Shown here piece after piece: positions 1-10,021 of a stretch of 49,711 nucleotides of DNA. Each line of letters begins with the position of its first letter. The stretch's first letter is position 1. Location: sequence record SRR22947725_189. The stretch is one strand, 5' to 3'. A program made the translations under genes and the position numbers. The notes under the pieces were generated by a model that saw only the letters and a program-made list of their open reading frames with translations, was not told the origin of the DNA and made no database searches.

Positions 1-720
1 AAAAACTATGCGTATCAAATAAAATTAAGCGATGTTGCTGGAAACAACACGTATCTACTCATCCCAATTAAAGGAGTTAGTGAAGATGTGTGGATACCAA
101 AAAAACCTTCGCAACTGGGCAAAATAATAGCTCCCGAGAGAGACTACCTTTTTGAGTTTTCTACAGCAAGCCTATACATAAACTCCAATACATTTAGCCT
201 ACCTACTCCACTTGATATTCAGACGAATAAAGACACCATATCGATACAAAACCCACATGCATACTTTAATAAATCTTATAAACTGACATTCAAAAAAGAA
301 GATGCGAAAAAAGGAATGTATTTGGCCTTAAAGCGAACTAAAAAATGGCGGTTTTTAAGTAAGGAGTATAAAAAAGGAGCCTTTATTGCTAGGTTAAAAA
401 GTACAGGCTCTGTTACTGTAATGCAAGACACAATTCCTCCATCCATTGTGGCTAAAAAAAATATTGATAACCGTTGGATATCTTTAGAAAAAGATATTCG
501 CTTTAATATTGACGATAGTGATTCAGGAATTGATCGTTTTGAAGGCTATTTAAATGGAAAATGGATACTGTTTGAATACGAACAAAAAAAGAAAGAGCTC
601 ACTTTTAGATTTAAAGACCCTATCAAGCTTTCTCAAGTTAAACATAAATTAAAGCTAATTGTTTGGGATAAAGTTGGTAACAACACTACATTTGAAACAA
701 CCTTTTACAGAAAAGAATGA
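1..720 (+). CDS. C-terminal part of a probable M23-family metallopeptidase (5' truncated by window)
   Basis: Frame +1 is open from base 1 (KNYAYQIKLSDVAGNN...), so the 88..720 ORF is a fragment. The tail (DTIPPSI...IDDSDSGI...LNGKWILFEYE...DKVGN) resembles Flavobacteriia M23 peptidase C-termini. The catalytic region is not visible. Confidence 0.6.
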   Translation, partial: KNYAYQIKLSDVAGNNTYLLIPIKGVSEDVWIPKKPSQLGKIIAPERDYLFEFSTASLYINSNTFSLPTPLDIQTNKDTISIQNPHAYFNKSYKLTFKKEDAKKGMYLALKRTKKWRFLSKEYKKGAFIARLKSTGSVTVMQDTIPPSIVAKKNIDNRWISLEKDIRFNIDDSDSGIDRFEGYLNGKWILFEYEQKKKELTFRFKDPIKLSQVKHKLKLIVWDKVGNNTTFETTFYRKE

Positions 721-3161
721 AAAAAATTATTGTTGCCTTCATTTTCTGGCAATTTGCTACTGTTGGTCTTTTGGCTCAAAATGCAACGATACAAGGAGTA
801 GTAACAAATCAAAGCAAGGAACCTATACCATTTGTAAGCATCACATCTAATGTGGGAGAAGGAACAACAACTAATCAAAATGGTTTTTATCAGCTTACCA
901 CCCAACAAGAAAACAAGCTAACACTAAGTTTTACCCACATTGCGCATGAAAAAATTGTGGTGACACTCAATCTGAAACCAAACACCACAATGGAATTTCA
1001 CCCTGTGATGAATACACAAACAGCTCAGATTGGTGAAGTTGTTGTGCAAGGGAATCACTCGTCAGTTGTAAGAGGTGTGACTGTACTTTCCCCCAAAACT
1101 ATTCGAAGTATTACGGGTGCAAATGCTGGGGTGGAAAACCTCTTATTGAGTTTGCCTGGGGTAAACTCAAACAATGAGCTTAGTACTCAATATGCAGTAC
1201 GTGGGGGAAACTATGACGAAAACTTGGTTTATGTTAATGGTATAGAAGTATACCGGCCAACCCTTATACGCGCAGGACAACAAGAAGGGCTAAGCTTCCT
1301 AAACCCTGACCTTATCCAACAAGTCAGTTTTAAAGCAGGTGGGTTTGAGGCATATTATGGCGACAAACTTTCATCTGTCTTGGATATTACTTACAAAACA
1401 CCTAGTGAGTCTGAAACCAGTATTTCAGCAAGTTTATTGGGGGGAAGCATAAGCCACAGTACCGCTTCTAAGAATTGGTCTTCCATTACAGGTGCACGTT
1501 ATAGAGACAATCAACTACTAGTAAACCAAAAAGAAACCAGCGCACAATACCAACCCTCTTTTGCAGATATTCAGACCTTTATCACCTATCAAAAAAGGGA
1601 CATGTTGAAGTTTCAATTTTTAGGAGCTGCTTCTAGGAACGATTATAATTACGCGCCTCAAACACGGCAAACAAATTTTGGTACAGCTGCTAACCCACGA
1701 GCACTGTTAGTTTTTTATGAAGGACAAGAAAAGGACGTATATCAAACTTACTTGGGAGCTGTGAAAACTAGCTATCAACCGTCAAAAGACACACAGTACA
1801 CGCTTACAACATCGATATACAACACCAAAGAACAGGAATACTTTGATATTTTAGGACAATACCTTTTAGGCACCCCTAACACAGAGTTAGGAAGTGAAGA
1901 CTTAGGTACTATTTCTTTTGCAGAAGGCGTGGGAAGCCAACATACGCATGGACGCAATGACTTTGACGCGCTTATTACTTCTGTAACGATTTCAGGACAG
2001 CATCAAGCAAAAAAACATCAATGGCGATGGGGAATTGAACTAAAATCAGAAAATATTAAAGACCGTGTTGTGGAGTGGGAAAAAATAGATTCCGCTGGTT
2101 TCTCCATTCGTCCACCAGCTAACTCGGTGAAAAATAACCAACCGTATGAACCTTTTGAAGGACCCTTGGAATTATTTAACAACATCCGAGCAACACAACA
2201 AACCACACTAAATCGTTTTTCTAGCTACCTACACTGGAATAACCGCTTTCTATTGGGAAATAATGTAGCATGGATATCCGCGGGAATTCGCATGCATACA
2301 TGGTCGTTAACGAATTTTAGCAATGCTGGGAGCAGCTTTTTAAGTCCGCGTGCACAGTTAAGCTTACAACCTATTCAAAACCCAAATGTAGTTTCTAGAC
2401 TATCGCTGGGGAAATACACACAGGCTCCTTTTTATAAGGAGTTACGCGGTACTAGCGGAACAATTAACCCAGAAGTAAAGCCGCAACAATCGTTTCATGT
2501 AGTGGGGAGTCATGACCGAAAATTTAAGCTTTGGCAACGTCCCTTTGTGTTGAGAGCAGCTGCTTATTATAAATATTTATGGGATGTAAATCCTTACACC
2601 TTAGAAAATGTGCGCATTCGGTATATGGCAAACAACAACGCGGAGGCAAGTGTTTATGGTCTTGATTTACGTCTCAACGGCGAATTTGTTCCAGGAACTG
2701 AATCTTGGATTAGTTTGGGGCTATTAAAAGCAGAAGAAAATCAAGACAACCGTGGGAGCATTCCAAGGCCTACAGATCAACGTCTAAAATTTGCTATGTT
2801 GTTTCAAGACTATGTTCCTCGATTACCTTTTTTAAAAATGAACCTGAACTTAGTCTATAACTCAGGATTACCTGGTGGGTCTCCTAACTATGCTGATCCA
2901 TACTTATACCAAAACAGGTTACGGAGTTACAAGCGTGCTGATATTGGGTTTTTATATGTGATAAAAGACGATACACGTTTCAAAAACACCTTTCGTGCTT
3001 TTAAAGAATTGCAAGTAGGTATTGAAATTTTCAATGTTTTTGATGTGCAAAATGCCATCACAAACACATGGGTTCGGGATGTATATACTCAACGACAATT
3101 TGGTATTCCAAATTTTATGACGCCACGTGTATTCAACATAAAAATCAACGCACGTTTCTAG
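717..3161 (+). CDS. TonB-dependent outer-membrane receptor with N-terminal carboxypeptidase-regulatory-like domain and plug
   Basis: Signal peptide ending LLA-Q, IQGVVT...EPIPFVSI...TNQNGFY N-domain, plug motif VRGGNYDENLVYVNGIEV, C-terminal barrel signature ending in F. Confidence 0.9.
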   Translation: MKKIIVAFIFWQFATVGLLAQNATIQGVVTNQSKEPIPFVSITSNVGEGTTTNQNGFYQLTTQQENKLTLSFTHIAHEKIVVTLNLKPNTTMEFHPVMNTQTAQIGEVVVQGNHSSVVRGVTVLSPKTIRSITGANAGVENLLLSLPGVNSNNELSTQYAVRGGNYDENLVYVNGIEVYRPTLIRAGQQEGLSFLNPDLIQQVSFKAGGFEAYYGDKLSSVLDITYKTPSESETSISASLLGGSISHSTASKNWSSITGARYRDNQLLVNQKETSAQYQPSFADIQTFITYQKRDMLKFQFLGAASRNDYNYAPQTRQTNFGTAANPRALLVFYEGQEKDVYQTYLGAVKTSYQPSKDTQYTLTTSIYNTKEQEYFDILGQYLLGTPNTELGSEDLGTISFAEGVGSQHTHGRNDFDALITSVTISGQHQAKKHQWRWGIELKSENIKDRVVEWEKIDSAGFSIRPPANSVKNNQPYEPFEGPLELFNNIRATQQTTLNRFSSYLHWNNRFLLGNNVAWISAGIRMHTWSLTNFSNAGSSFLSPRAQLSLQPIQNPNVVSRLSLGKYTQAPFYKELRGTSGTINPEVKPQQSFHVVGSHDRKFKLWQRPFVLRAAAYYKYLWDVNPYTLENVRIRYMANNNAEASVYGLDLRLNGEFVPGTESWISLGLLKAEENQDNRGSIPRPTDQRLKFAMLFQDYVPRLPFLKMNLNLVYNSGLPGGSPNYADPYLYQNRLRSYKRADIGFLYVIKDDTRFKNTFRAFKELQVGIEIFNVFDVQNAITNTWVRDVYTQRQFGIPNFMTPRVFNIKINARF

Positions 3162-4306
3162 CTATTGGCATAGTCAACTAAGGTTTTTACCATAGCATCA
3201 ATTTCTTCTGCTGTATTGTAAATTGAAAAGGAAAACCGCAAAGAAGGGCGTTTATTTTCTTCTTTTGTAAGAAGGTGTTGTAATACATGAGAACCTGTTT
3301 CACTTCCAGACTGACATGCACTCCCCTTTGAACAACATATCCCTTGTAGATCCATGTGAAAAGCAAGTAAGTTTGCCTTTTTTTCGTCAATTGGTAAGCG
3401 GGCATTGATAATTGTATGCGTGCTTGTTTCAGTATTAGAACAAGCGCCATTAAAAAGAGTTCCTGGCAATTCCGTTTCAAGTTTTTTGATGCAATACTTC
3501 TTTAGATTCTTGAGATAGGCCGTATCTTGATCAATGTTTTTATACGCAATTGTGAAGGCAGTTTCCAAACCAACAATATCATGTACAGCTTCTGTACCTG
3601 CTCGCATACCACGTTCTTGGGATCCTCCCTTAAGTATACCAGCCAACCCTGCCTGTTTGTTTGCATATAAAAAACCAACTCCCTTTGGCCCGTGGAATTT
3701 ATGTGCTGACGCAACAGCGAAATCAATAGGCAAATCACCCAATTTCATAGGGAAGTGTCCTATAGATTGTACTGTGTCAGAATGAAAAAGAGCATGGTGT
3801 GCATGGCATATATCACCAATTTTTTTAAGATCTAACACAGTGCCTACTTCATTATTCACATGCATTAGACTTACAAGCTTCTTTTCATCCGTAAGTTGAA
3901 GCAATCGGACTAAATCGTCTAAATCAGGAACGCCACTCGGTAAAACATCAACCATGTGTAACACAATCAATCCCTTTTCTGCCAAGTGCTTAAGCGGATA
4001 TAATACGGCATGGTGCTCAATTGGGGAACTAATAACATGTTTTACACCAAGATGATTAACAGCAGATTGAATAACGGTATTATCGCCTTCAGTGCCTCCA
4101 GAAATGAAAATAATTTCTTGAGGAAGTACGCCTAATTCCTTTGCAATATTCTTGCGGGCAGACTCAACCTTAGCTTTTGCCGAGCGTCCGGCAGCGTGCA
4201 GTGAAGAAGGGTTTCCATAATGCTCGGAAATAGTTTGGTGCATTGCTGTAACGACTTCCGGTAATACAGCAGTTGTAGCTGCATTATCAACATAGATTAG
4301 CCCCAT
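3158..4306 (-). CDS. iscS: Cysteine desulfurase (IscS/NifS family)
   Basis: YVDNAATT, GNPSS, SAHKFHGPKG (PLP Lys), RAGTE, GSAC catalytic Cys. Confidence 0.92.
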   Translation of the reverse strand: MGLIYVDNAATTAVLPEVVTAMHQTISEHYGNPSSLHAAGRSAKAKVESARKNIAKELGVLPQEIIFISGGTEGDNTVIQSAVNHLGVKHVISSPIEHHAVLYPLKHLAEKGLIVLHMVDVLPSGVPDLDDLVRLLQLTDEKKLVSLMHVNNEVGTVLDLKKIGDICHAHHALFHSDTVQSIGHFPMKLGDLPIDFAVASAHKFHGPKGVGFLYANKQAGLAGILKGGSQERGMRAGTEAVHDIVGLETAFTIAYKNIDQDTAYLKNLKKYCIKKLETELPGTLFNGACSNTETSTHTIINARLPIDEKKANLLAFHMDLQGICCSKGSACQSGSETGSHVLQHLLTKEENKRPSLRFSFSIYNTAEEIDAMVKTLVDYANS

Positions 4307-4311
4307 AGCAT

Positions 4312-5598
4312 TTATTTTGGCTCAAACCCACGAAGCGTTTCTGTAATAATGTCAACACAAGCAATGAGTTCATCTTGTGTCATAATTAACGGTGGTGCAA
4401 AGCGTATAATATTCCCATGTGTTGGTTTTGCTAGTAACCCATTTTCCTTTAATGCAAGACAAATATTCCATGCGGTATCACTCTCTGGGCTATCGTTAAT
4501 CACAATAGCGTTTAACAATCCTTTACCACGAACGAGTGAGACAATAGTACTTGTTTTTATGTAATCGTTCATCGAGTCGCGGAACAGCTGACCTAACTTA
4601 CGTGCATTTAATGCAAGTTTTTCGTCTTTGACAACCTTAAGTGCAGCAGTTGCCACAGCGGCAGCAATGGGATTTCCCCCAAAGGTACTACCATGCTCCC
4701 CTGGCTGAATAACATCCATTACGGAGTTGTTTGCCAATACAGCAGAAACTGGATAAACGCCGCCACTAATCGCTTTCCCAAGTATTAAAATATCTGGCGC
4801 CGCAAAAGTATCAGATTGACGTAAACAAGATGAAGAACAATTGCAATTTCCACATACAGCGAGTAAAGACCCTGTACGAGCGATTCCCGTTTGGATTTCA
4901 TCTGCAATGAAAAGGACGTCATTTTGGTTACATAGTTGTTGTACGGAACGTAAATAATCTTCTTCAGGAGTGAAAATTCCGGCTTCGCCTTGAATAGGCT
5001 CGACTAGAAAGCCTACAATATTTTTGTTTGAAGCAAAAACTGCTTTTAATGCATCAATATCATTATGAGGTATGGCTATAAAACCAGGAGTATAAGGGCC
5101 AAAATCTTTTTTAGCCACATGATCGTCTGAGAAAGAGATGATAGTAGTCGTCCTGCCATGAAAGTTGTTGTGGCACACAACAATTTGTGCTTGTTCTTGG
5201 GCTACACCTTTTTTTTGAACACCCCATTTTCTAGCAAGTTTAATTGCAGTTTCAACAGCCTCTGCCCCAGAATTCATTGGGAGTATTTTGTCATATCCAA
5301 AATATTCGGTTATGTAGGCCGCAAAAGGACCAAAGGAACTGTTATGGAATGCTCTTGAAGTAAGGCATAATTTCGAAGCTTGATCTTGTAATGCTTTAAG
5401 GATTTTTGGATGGCAATGCCCCTGATTAACAGCAGAATATGCAGAAAGAAAATCAAAGTATTTCTTACCATCTACATCCCATAAATAAACCCCTTTACCA
5501 CGTTCTAAAACAACAGGAAGAGGATGGTAGTTGTGCGCACCATATTGGTGTTCCAAATCAATGTAATTCTCAGTATTTGACCCGCTAATTGCTTCCAT
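4312..5598 (-). CDS. rocD: Ornithine--oxo-acid aminotransferase
   Basis: AHNYHPLPVV, FLSAYSAVNQGHCHP, EPIQGEAG, DEIQTG, LGKAISGG, HGSTFGGNP. Confidence 0.95.
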   Translation of the reverse strand: MEAISGSNTENYIDLEHQYGAHNYHPLPVVLERGKGVYLWDVDGKKYFDFLSAYSAVNQGHCHPKILKALQDQASKLCLTSRAFHNSSFGPFAAYITEYFGYDKILPMNSGAEAVETAIKLARKWGVQKKGVAQEQAQIVVCHNNFHGRTTTIISFSDDHVAKKDFGPYTPGFIAIPHNDIDALKAVFASNKNIVGFLVEPIQGEAGIFTPEEDYLRSVQQLCNQNDVLFIADEIQTGIARTGSLLAVCGNCNCSSSCLRQSDTFAAPDILILGKAISGGVYPVSAVLANNSVMDVIQPGEHGSTFGGNPIAAAVATAALKVVKDEKLALNARKLGQLFRDSMNDYIKTSTIVSLVRGKGLLNAIVINDSPESDTAWNICLALKENGLLAKPTHGNIIRFAPPLIMTQDELIACVDIITETLRGFEPK

Positions 5599-5602
5599 AG
5601 GT

Positions 5603-5610
5603 CAAATGTA
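5603..5610 (-). promoter_or_regulatory. Bacteroidota primary-sigma -7 element (TACATTTG) for rocD-iscS
   Basis: Exact TAnnTTTG match, 4 nt upstream of the rocD ATG. Confidence 0.7.
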
Positions 5611-5635
5611 AGAAAGGCCTAGGCAATAAAAAAGT

Positions 5636-6421
5636 TTAAATTGTGGTTTCGTATATCTTTTCCATAAAGCGCAAAAGACCCTTATATCCATTACGGGGAA
5701 TAATAAAACGATGACCATTAAGCAACGTACAGTAGTATTGTGTATTTCGATTAATGGATTCAATTGCCATAACATTTACAAAACACGTCCTGCTAACTCG
5801 GTGAAAAACTGAATTTGGAAGTTTTTTTTCCATTTGAGCAAGTGTTTGATTTATTAAAGTATACTCCCCTTTTTTATAATGCCTTAAGGTCATTTCAACT
5901 TTTTCTGTTCCCTTGTGACTCTCAACACTAAATATGTATTCTACCAAAACAAATTCTATTGATCCCTTATTTTGCAAGGGAAAACGCTGCTGTGAAGTAA
6001 GTCTAGCTTGAGAAAATTGAGAAATTAAAGATGCGTCAAAAACCTGCTTTTTATTTTTTATTTCAAGTTTTTTTTCAATTATATTGACCGTAGAGATAAG
6101 GTCTTGAATTTCAAGAGGTTTTAATAGATAATCCACAACTTGGTACCGAATAGCACGAAGAGCAAATTCATCATGAGCGGTACACAATACGACTTGCATA
6201 TCATCATATCCAACTTCATCCAAAATATCAAAACCACTTCCGTTATCAAGAACAATGTCCAAAAAAAGGACATCGGGCTTTTTAGATCGCAAGTAGTTGA
6301 TTGCCTTTGCCTTTTTGGAAAAACAAGCTTCAAGACTGACATTGGGGCAATACTTTTCTAAGTAATAGGAGAAAAGTGCGATATTGCGGGCTTCATCATC
6401 AATAATTACAGCAGTGATCAA
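5636..6421 (-). CDS. LytTR-family two-component response regulator (orphan)
   Basis: REC motifs IIDDE, FLDI (phospho-Asp), TAH, YLLKP. C-terminal LytTR-like FHRVSRTCFVN. TTG start. Confidence 0.88.
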   Translation of the reverse strand: MITAVIIDDEARNIALFSYYLEKYCPNVSLEACFSKKAKAINYLRSKKPDVLFLDIVLDNGSGFDILDEVGYDDMQVVLCTAHDEFALRAIRYQVVDYLLKPLEIQDLISTVNIIEKKLEIKNKKQVFDASLISQFSQARLTSQQRFPLQNKGSIEFVLVEYIFSVESHKGTEKVEMTLRHYKKGEYTLINQTLAQMEKKLPNSVFHRVSRTCFVNVMAIESINRNTQYYCTLLNGHRFIIPRNGYKGLLRFMEKIYETTI

Positions 6422-6519
6422 AATTTATTTAATTTTAAATATTAATCAAAATTATAACAATTTTTTATATTATACTAACAAAAGTTAGTGTTTATATTTA
6501 AATAAATAATATTTCTCGA

Positions 6520-7320
6520 GTGAAAATAATTACAAGCACACAAAACAATACGATTAAGCAACTTCTTCAGCTACAATCTAAAGCCAAATCAAGAAAAGAG
6601 CATAAACAATTTGTTGTTGAAGGCCGTAGAGAATTAGACCTAGCGCATGCAAATGGTTACAGTATTCAAACTGTTTATTGGTGTCCAGAAATCTTTGAAG
6701 AATTGCATTTTATGAATTGGCGCGAACAATTCAATGAAACAATCGATTTTGTACGTGTGAGTCTAAGTGTTTACCAAAAAATGGTCATGCGCGAAAAAAC
6801 AGAAGGACTTATTGGGATCGTATTACAAAAAACTCAAAGCCTAAAAGAATTTCATCCAAAAAATGATAATCCGCTTATAATAGTACTTGAATCTATCGAG
6901 AAGCCAGGAAACTTGGGAGCCGTTCTACGAACTGCAGATGCAGCTGCTGTAGATGCCGTTCTAATAACAGAGCAGCACACCGATATTCACAATCCAAATG
7001 TAATCCGATCAAGTGTAGGTGGTTTTTTCTCTGTTCCTACATTTGTGTGTAGCAATGAAGAAGCATACAATTTTATGTCCAGTAGAAACATAAAAATCTA
7101 TGCCGCATCGCTTCAAAAAAGCAAGGATTATTCATTGGGTGATTTCCTTCATGCCTCCGCTTTTGTCATGGGTAGTGAGGCAATAGGATTAAGTGAATTT
7201 TGGAGTAAAGAAGGCATTGAAGCTGTAAAAATCCCTATGCTTGGTCACGTTGATTCGTTAAATGTGTCGGTGGCCACGGCCGTTTTAACCTATGAAGCAA
7301 TGCGTCAAAGAAATCCCTAA
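6520..7320 (+). CDS. TrmH/SpoU-family RNA 2'-O-methyltransferase
   Basis: ITSTQN...FVVEG N-domain, EKPGNLGAVLRTA, GSEAIG, IPMLGHVDSLNVSVA SPOUT motifs. Confidence 0.93.
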   Translation: MKIITSTQNNTIKQLLQLQSKAKSRKEHKQFVVEGRRELDLAHANGYSIQTVYWCPEIFEELHFMNWREQFNETIDFVRVSLSVYQKMVMREKTEGLIGIVLQKTQSLKEFHPKNDNPLIIVLESIEKPGNLGAVLRTADAAAVDAVLITEQHTDIHNPNVIRSSVGGFFSVPTFVCSNEEAYNFMSSRNIKIYAASLQKSKDYSLGDFLHASAFVMGSEAIGLSEFWSKEGIEAVKIPMLGHVDSLNVSVATAVLTYEAMRQRNP

Positions 7321-7326
7321 TTTTTG

Positions 7327-7334
7327 TATCTTTA
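7327..7334 (+). promoter_or_regulatory. -7 element variant (TATCTTTA) for rel
   Basis: One mismatch to TAnnTTTG, 4 nt upstream of the ATG at 7339. Confidence 0.5.
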
Positions 7335-7338
7335 ACAG

Positions 7339-9540
7339 ATGACAACGCAAGAGATAAGCGAAAACACACTCATTGCTCAAGAGTATAAAAACTTATTGAG
7401 GAATACCTATTTGTCGTTGTCAACAGAAGACAAAAAACTTATCCGTAAAGCCTTTGAAACTGCCGTTGATGCGCATAAAGATCAACGCAGGAAAAGCGGG
7501 GAACCTTACATTCTCCACCCAATTGCTGTAGCGCAAATTGTAGCCGATCAAATAGGACTGGGGGCCACATCTATTGCTGCTGCTTTGTTACATGATGTGG
7601 TAGAAGACACCGCTTTGACCTTGGATGACATCACTTTGATGTTTGGAGAAACAGTAGCCAAAATTGTGGATGGCTTAACCAAAATATCAAAGCTGAGTAA
7701 AGACAAACGTGTTTCGGTTCAAGCAGAAAACTTTAAGAAGATGCTCCTAACCATGAACGACGATGTTCGGGTTATTTTAATCAAAATTGCAGATCGATTA
7801 CATAATATGTGTACCCTAGAAGCTATGCCCGAAGAAAAACAGGTACGTATAGCCTCAGAGACACTTTACATATACGCACCACTCTCCCATCGTATTGGGA
7901 TGTATAATATTAAGACCCAACTCGAAGATTTGGCACTAAAATACACAGAGCCTGAAGTGTATATGGATATCGAGCAAAAAATAAAAGACAGTCAAGAAGT
8001 TGGATTGAAGTATATCGACAATTTTTCCGAAGAACTTCAAAGTCACCTAACTAGAGAACGTATTAAATTTAAAACTGAGGGACGTTTTAAAAGTGTCTTT
8101 TCTATTCGTAATAAAATGCAACTCAAGAACAGAAAGTTTGATGAAGTTTTTGATCGATTTGCAGTTCGAATAATTTATAAATGCACTCCAAAACAAGAAA
8201 AGTTTTTGGCTTGGAAGATTTACTCAATTGTTACCGACCACTATCAGCCAAATCCAATGCGTTTACGTGACTGGATATCATCACCAAAATCTACTGGTTA
8301 TGAAGCCTTACACATTACGGTTGTTGGACCAGGTGGTAAATGGGTGGAAGTACAAATTCGCTCAGAGCGCATGCACGAGATTGCAGAAAAAGGCTATGCG
8401 GCACACTTTAAATACAAACAAGGTAAAAAAGATGAAGGTGGCATGGAACTTTGGCTTAATAGATTGCGTGAAGTCTTGGAATCACAAGACACTGATGCCG
8501 TTGATTTTGTTAAAGAATTCAAGTTAAACTTATATGCAAATGAAATTTTTGTGTTTACCCCTAATGGCGACCTAAAATCCTTACCAAAAGGTGCTTCGCC
8601 GATTGATTTTGCATTTTCTATTCATAGTGAGGTGGGAGAAAAAACAAGGGGCGTACGTGTCAATGGAAAAATAGTACCACTCAACCATACACTAAACAGT
8701 GGGGATCAAGTAGAAATCATCACTTCAGAAACCGCAAAACCTAATGCAAACTGGCTCGATTTTGTCATTACTTCCAAAGCACGATCAAGTATACGTGCGG
8801 CACTTCGTGTTGAAGAACGTAAAATAGCAACTGAGGGAAAGGAGCTTTTAAGAAGGAAATTGAGACAAATGAAATTTAAGTTTAGTGATCGCATTATTAA
8901 TGCAATGGTCTCTTACTTTAAACTTAAAACAAGTCTTGATCTATATTACCGCATCGGAATTGGCTCTATTGACAATAAAATGTTGAAAAAATTTGCCTCA
9001 GAAGAAAACAACCGTTTTTATCAATTCTTTAGACGCCGACCATCTGATAAACCGAAAAATATTGAACTCGAAAACAGTCAAATATCCTCGTTTTATGACA
9101 TGTTGGTGTTTGGTAAAAACCAGGAAAACCTAGATTATACATTAAGTCTCTGTTGTAATCCAATAGCTGGAGATGATGTTTTTGGATTTGTTTCTATTAA
9201 TGATGGAATTAAGATTCACAAAAATGAATGTCCCAATGCCATCAGTTTACATTCCAACTATGGCTATCGAATTGTATCAGCAAAATGGGTTGATTCTTCC
9301 AAAGGAGTTTTTACCGGAAATATTCGGTTATCAGGAATAGATCGATTGGGATTAGTCAATGAAGTAACGCACTTAATTTCAAACACCCATAATGTTGATA
9401 TATCTCAAATCAATTTTGATACTGAAAATGGTACCTTTTCAGGAGAAATTAAACTACATGTAAAACGTGCATCAACCCTTGATATGCTTATCAATAAACT
9501 AGAAAAAGTTTCAGGAATTGACAAAGTAGTACGGGATTGA
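7339..9540 (+). CDS. rel: Long RelA/SpoT homolog, bifunctional (p)ppGpp synthetase/hydrolase
   Basis: [17 protein letters not shown] hydrolase motif, GYEALH and EVQIR synthetase motifs, TGS, CC/zinc-finger-like and ACT regions. Confidence 0.95.
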   Translation: MTTQEISENTLIAQEYKNLLRNTYLSLSTEDKKLIRKAFETAVDAHKDQRRKSGEPYILHPIAVAQIVADQIGLGATSIAAALLHDVVEDTALTLDDITLMFGETVAKIVDGLTKISKLSKDKRVSVQAENFKKMLLTMNDDVRVILIKIADRLHNMCTLEAMPEEKQVRIASETLYIYAPLSHRIGMYNIKTQLEDLALKYTEPEVYMDIEQKIKDSQEVGLKYIDNFSEELQSHLTRERIKFKTEGRFKSVFSIRNKMQLKNRKFDEVFDRFAVRIIYKCTPKQEKFLAWKIYSIVTDHYQPNPMRLRDWISSPKSTGYEALHITVVGPGGKWVEVQIRSERMHEIAEKGYAAHFKYKQGKKDEGGMELWLNRLREVLESQDTDAVDFVKEFKLNLYANEIFVFTPNGDLKSLPKGASPIDFAFSIHSEVGEKTRGVRVNGKIVPLNHTLNSGDQVEIITSETAKPNANWLDFVITSKARSSIRAALRVEERKIATEGKELLRRKLRQMKFKFSDRIINAMVSYFKLKTSLDLYYRIGIGSIDNKMLKKFASEENNRFYQFFRRRPSDKPKNIELENSQISSFYDMLVFGKNQENLDYTLSLCCNPIAGDDVFGFVSINDGIKIHKNECPNAISLHSNYGYRIVSAKWVDSSKGVFTGNIRLSGIDRLGLVNEVTHLISNTHNVDISQINFDTENGTFSGEIKLHVKRASTLDMLINKLEKVSGIDKVVRD

Positions 9541-9551
9541 GTTTGGTTGCT

Positions 9552-9559
9552 TATCTTTG
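9552..9559 (+). promoter_or_regulatory. -7 element (TATCTTTG) for fur-purA operon
   Basis: Exact TAnnTTTG match in the rel-fur gap, 18 nt before ATG 9578. Confidence 0.65.
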
Positions 9560-9577
9560 TTTTTTGCATGTGTTTCA

Positions 9578-10015
9578 ATGAACAATGAATTCGAAATAGT
9601 TAAAAACGTATTTGTCCAATTTTTGGATGGAAATGGGCATCGTAAAACTCCTGAGAGATTTGCGATTCTTGAGGAAATCTATCTTAGTGAGGAACACTTT
9701 GACATCGAATCATTATACATTAAAATGAAGAACAAAAACTATCGTGTAAGTCGTGCAACTTTGTACAATACGATAGAACTTCTTTTGGCCTGCGGATTGG
9801 TTCGTAAGCATCAATTTGGGCTACAACACGCACAATATGAAAAATCATATTTTGACAAGCAACACGATCACGTAATATTAACTGACACTAGTGAAGTAAA
9901 AGAGTTTTGCGATCCTCGTATTCAAGCAATAAAACAAACGATTGAAGAAGTGTTTGATATTGATATTCATGCGCATTCTTTATACTTTTACGGAACTAAA
10001 AAAAACTCTAACTAA
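9578..10015 (+). CDS. fur: Fur-family transcriptional regulator
   Basis: [30 protein letters not shown] metal motif. Start moved from TTG 9557, which lies inside the promoter element, to ATG 9578. Confidence 0.9.
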   Translation: MNNEFEIVKNVFVQFLDGNGHRKTPERFAILEEIYLSEEHFDIESLYIKMKNKNYRVSRATLYNTIELLLACGLVRKHQFGLQHAQYEKSYFDKQHDHVILTDTSEVKEFCDPRIQAIKQTIEEVFDIDIHAHSLYFYGTKKNSN

Positions 10016-10021
10016 CCATAC

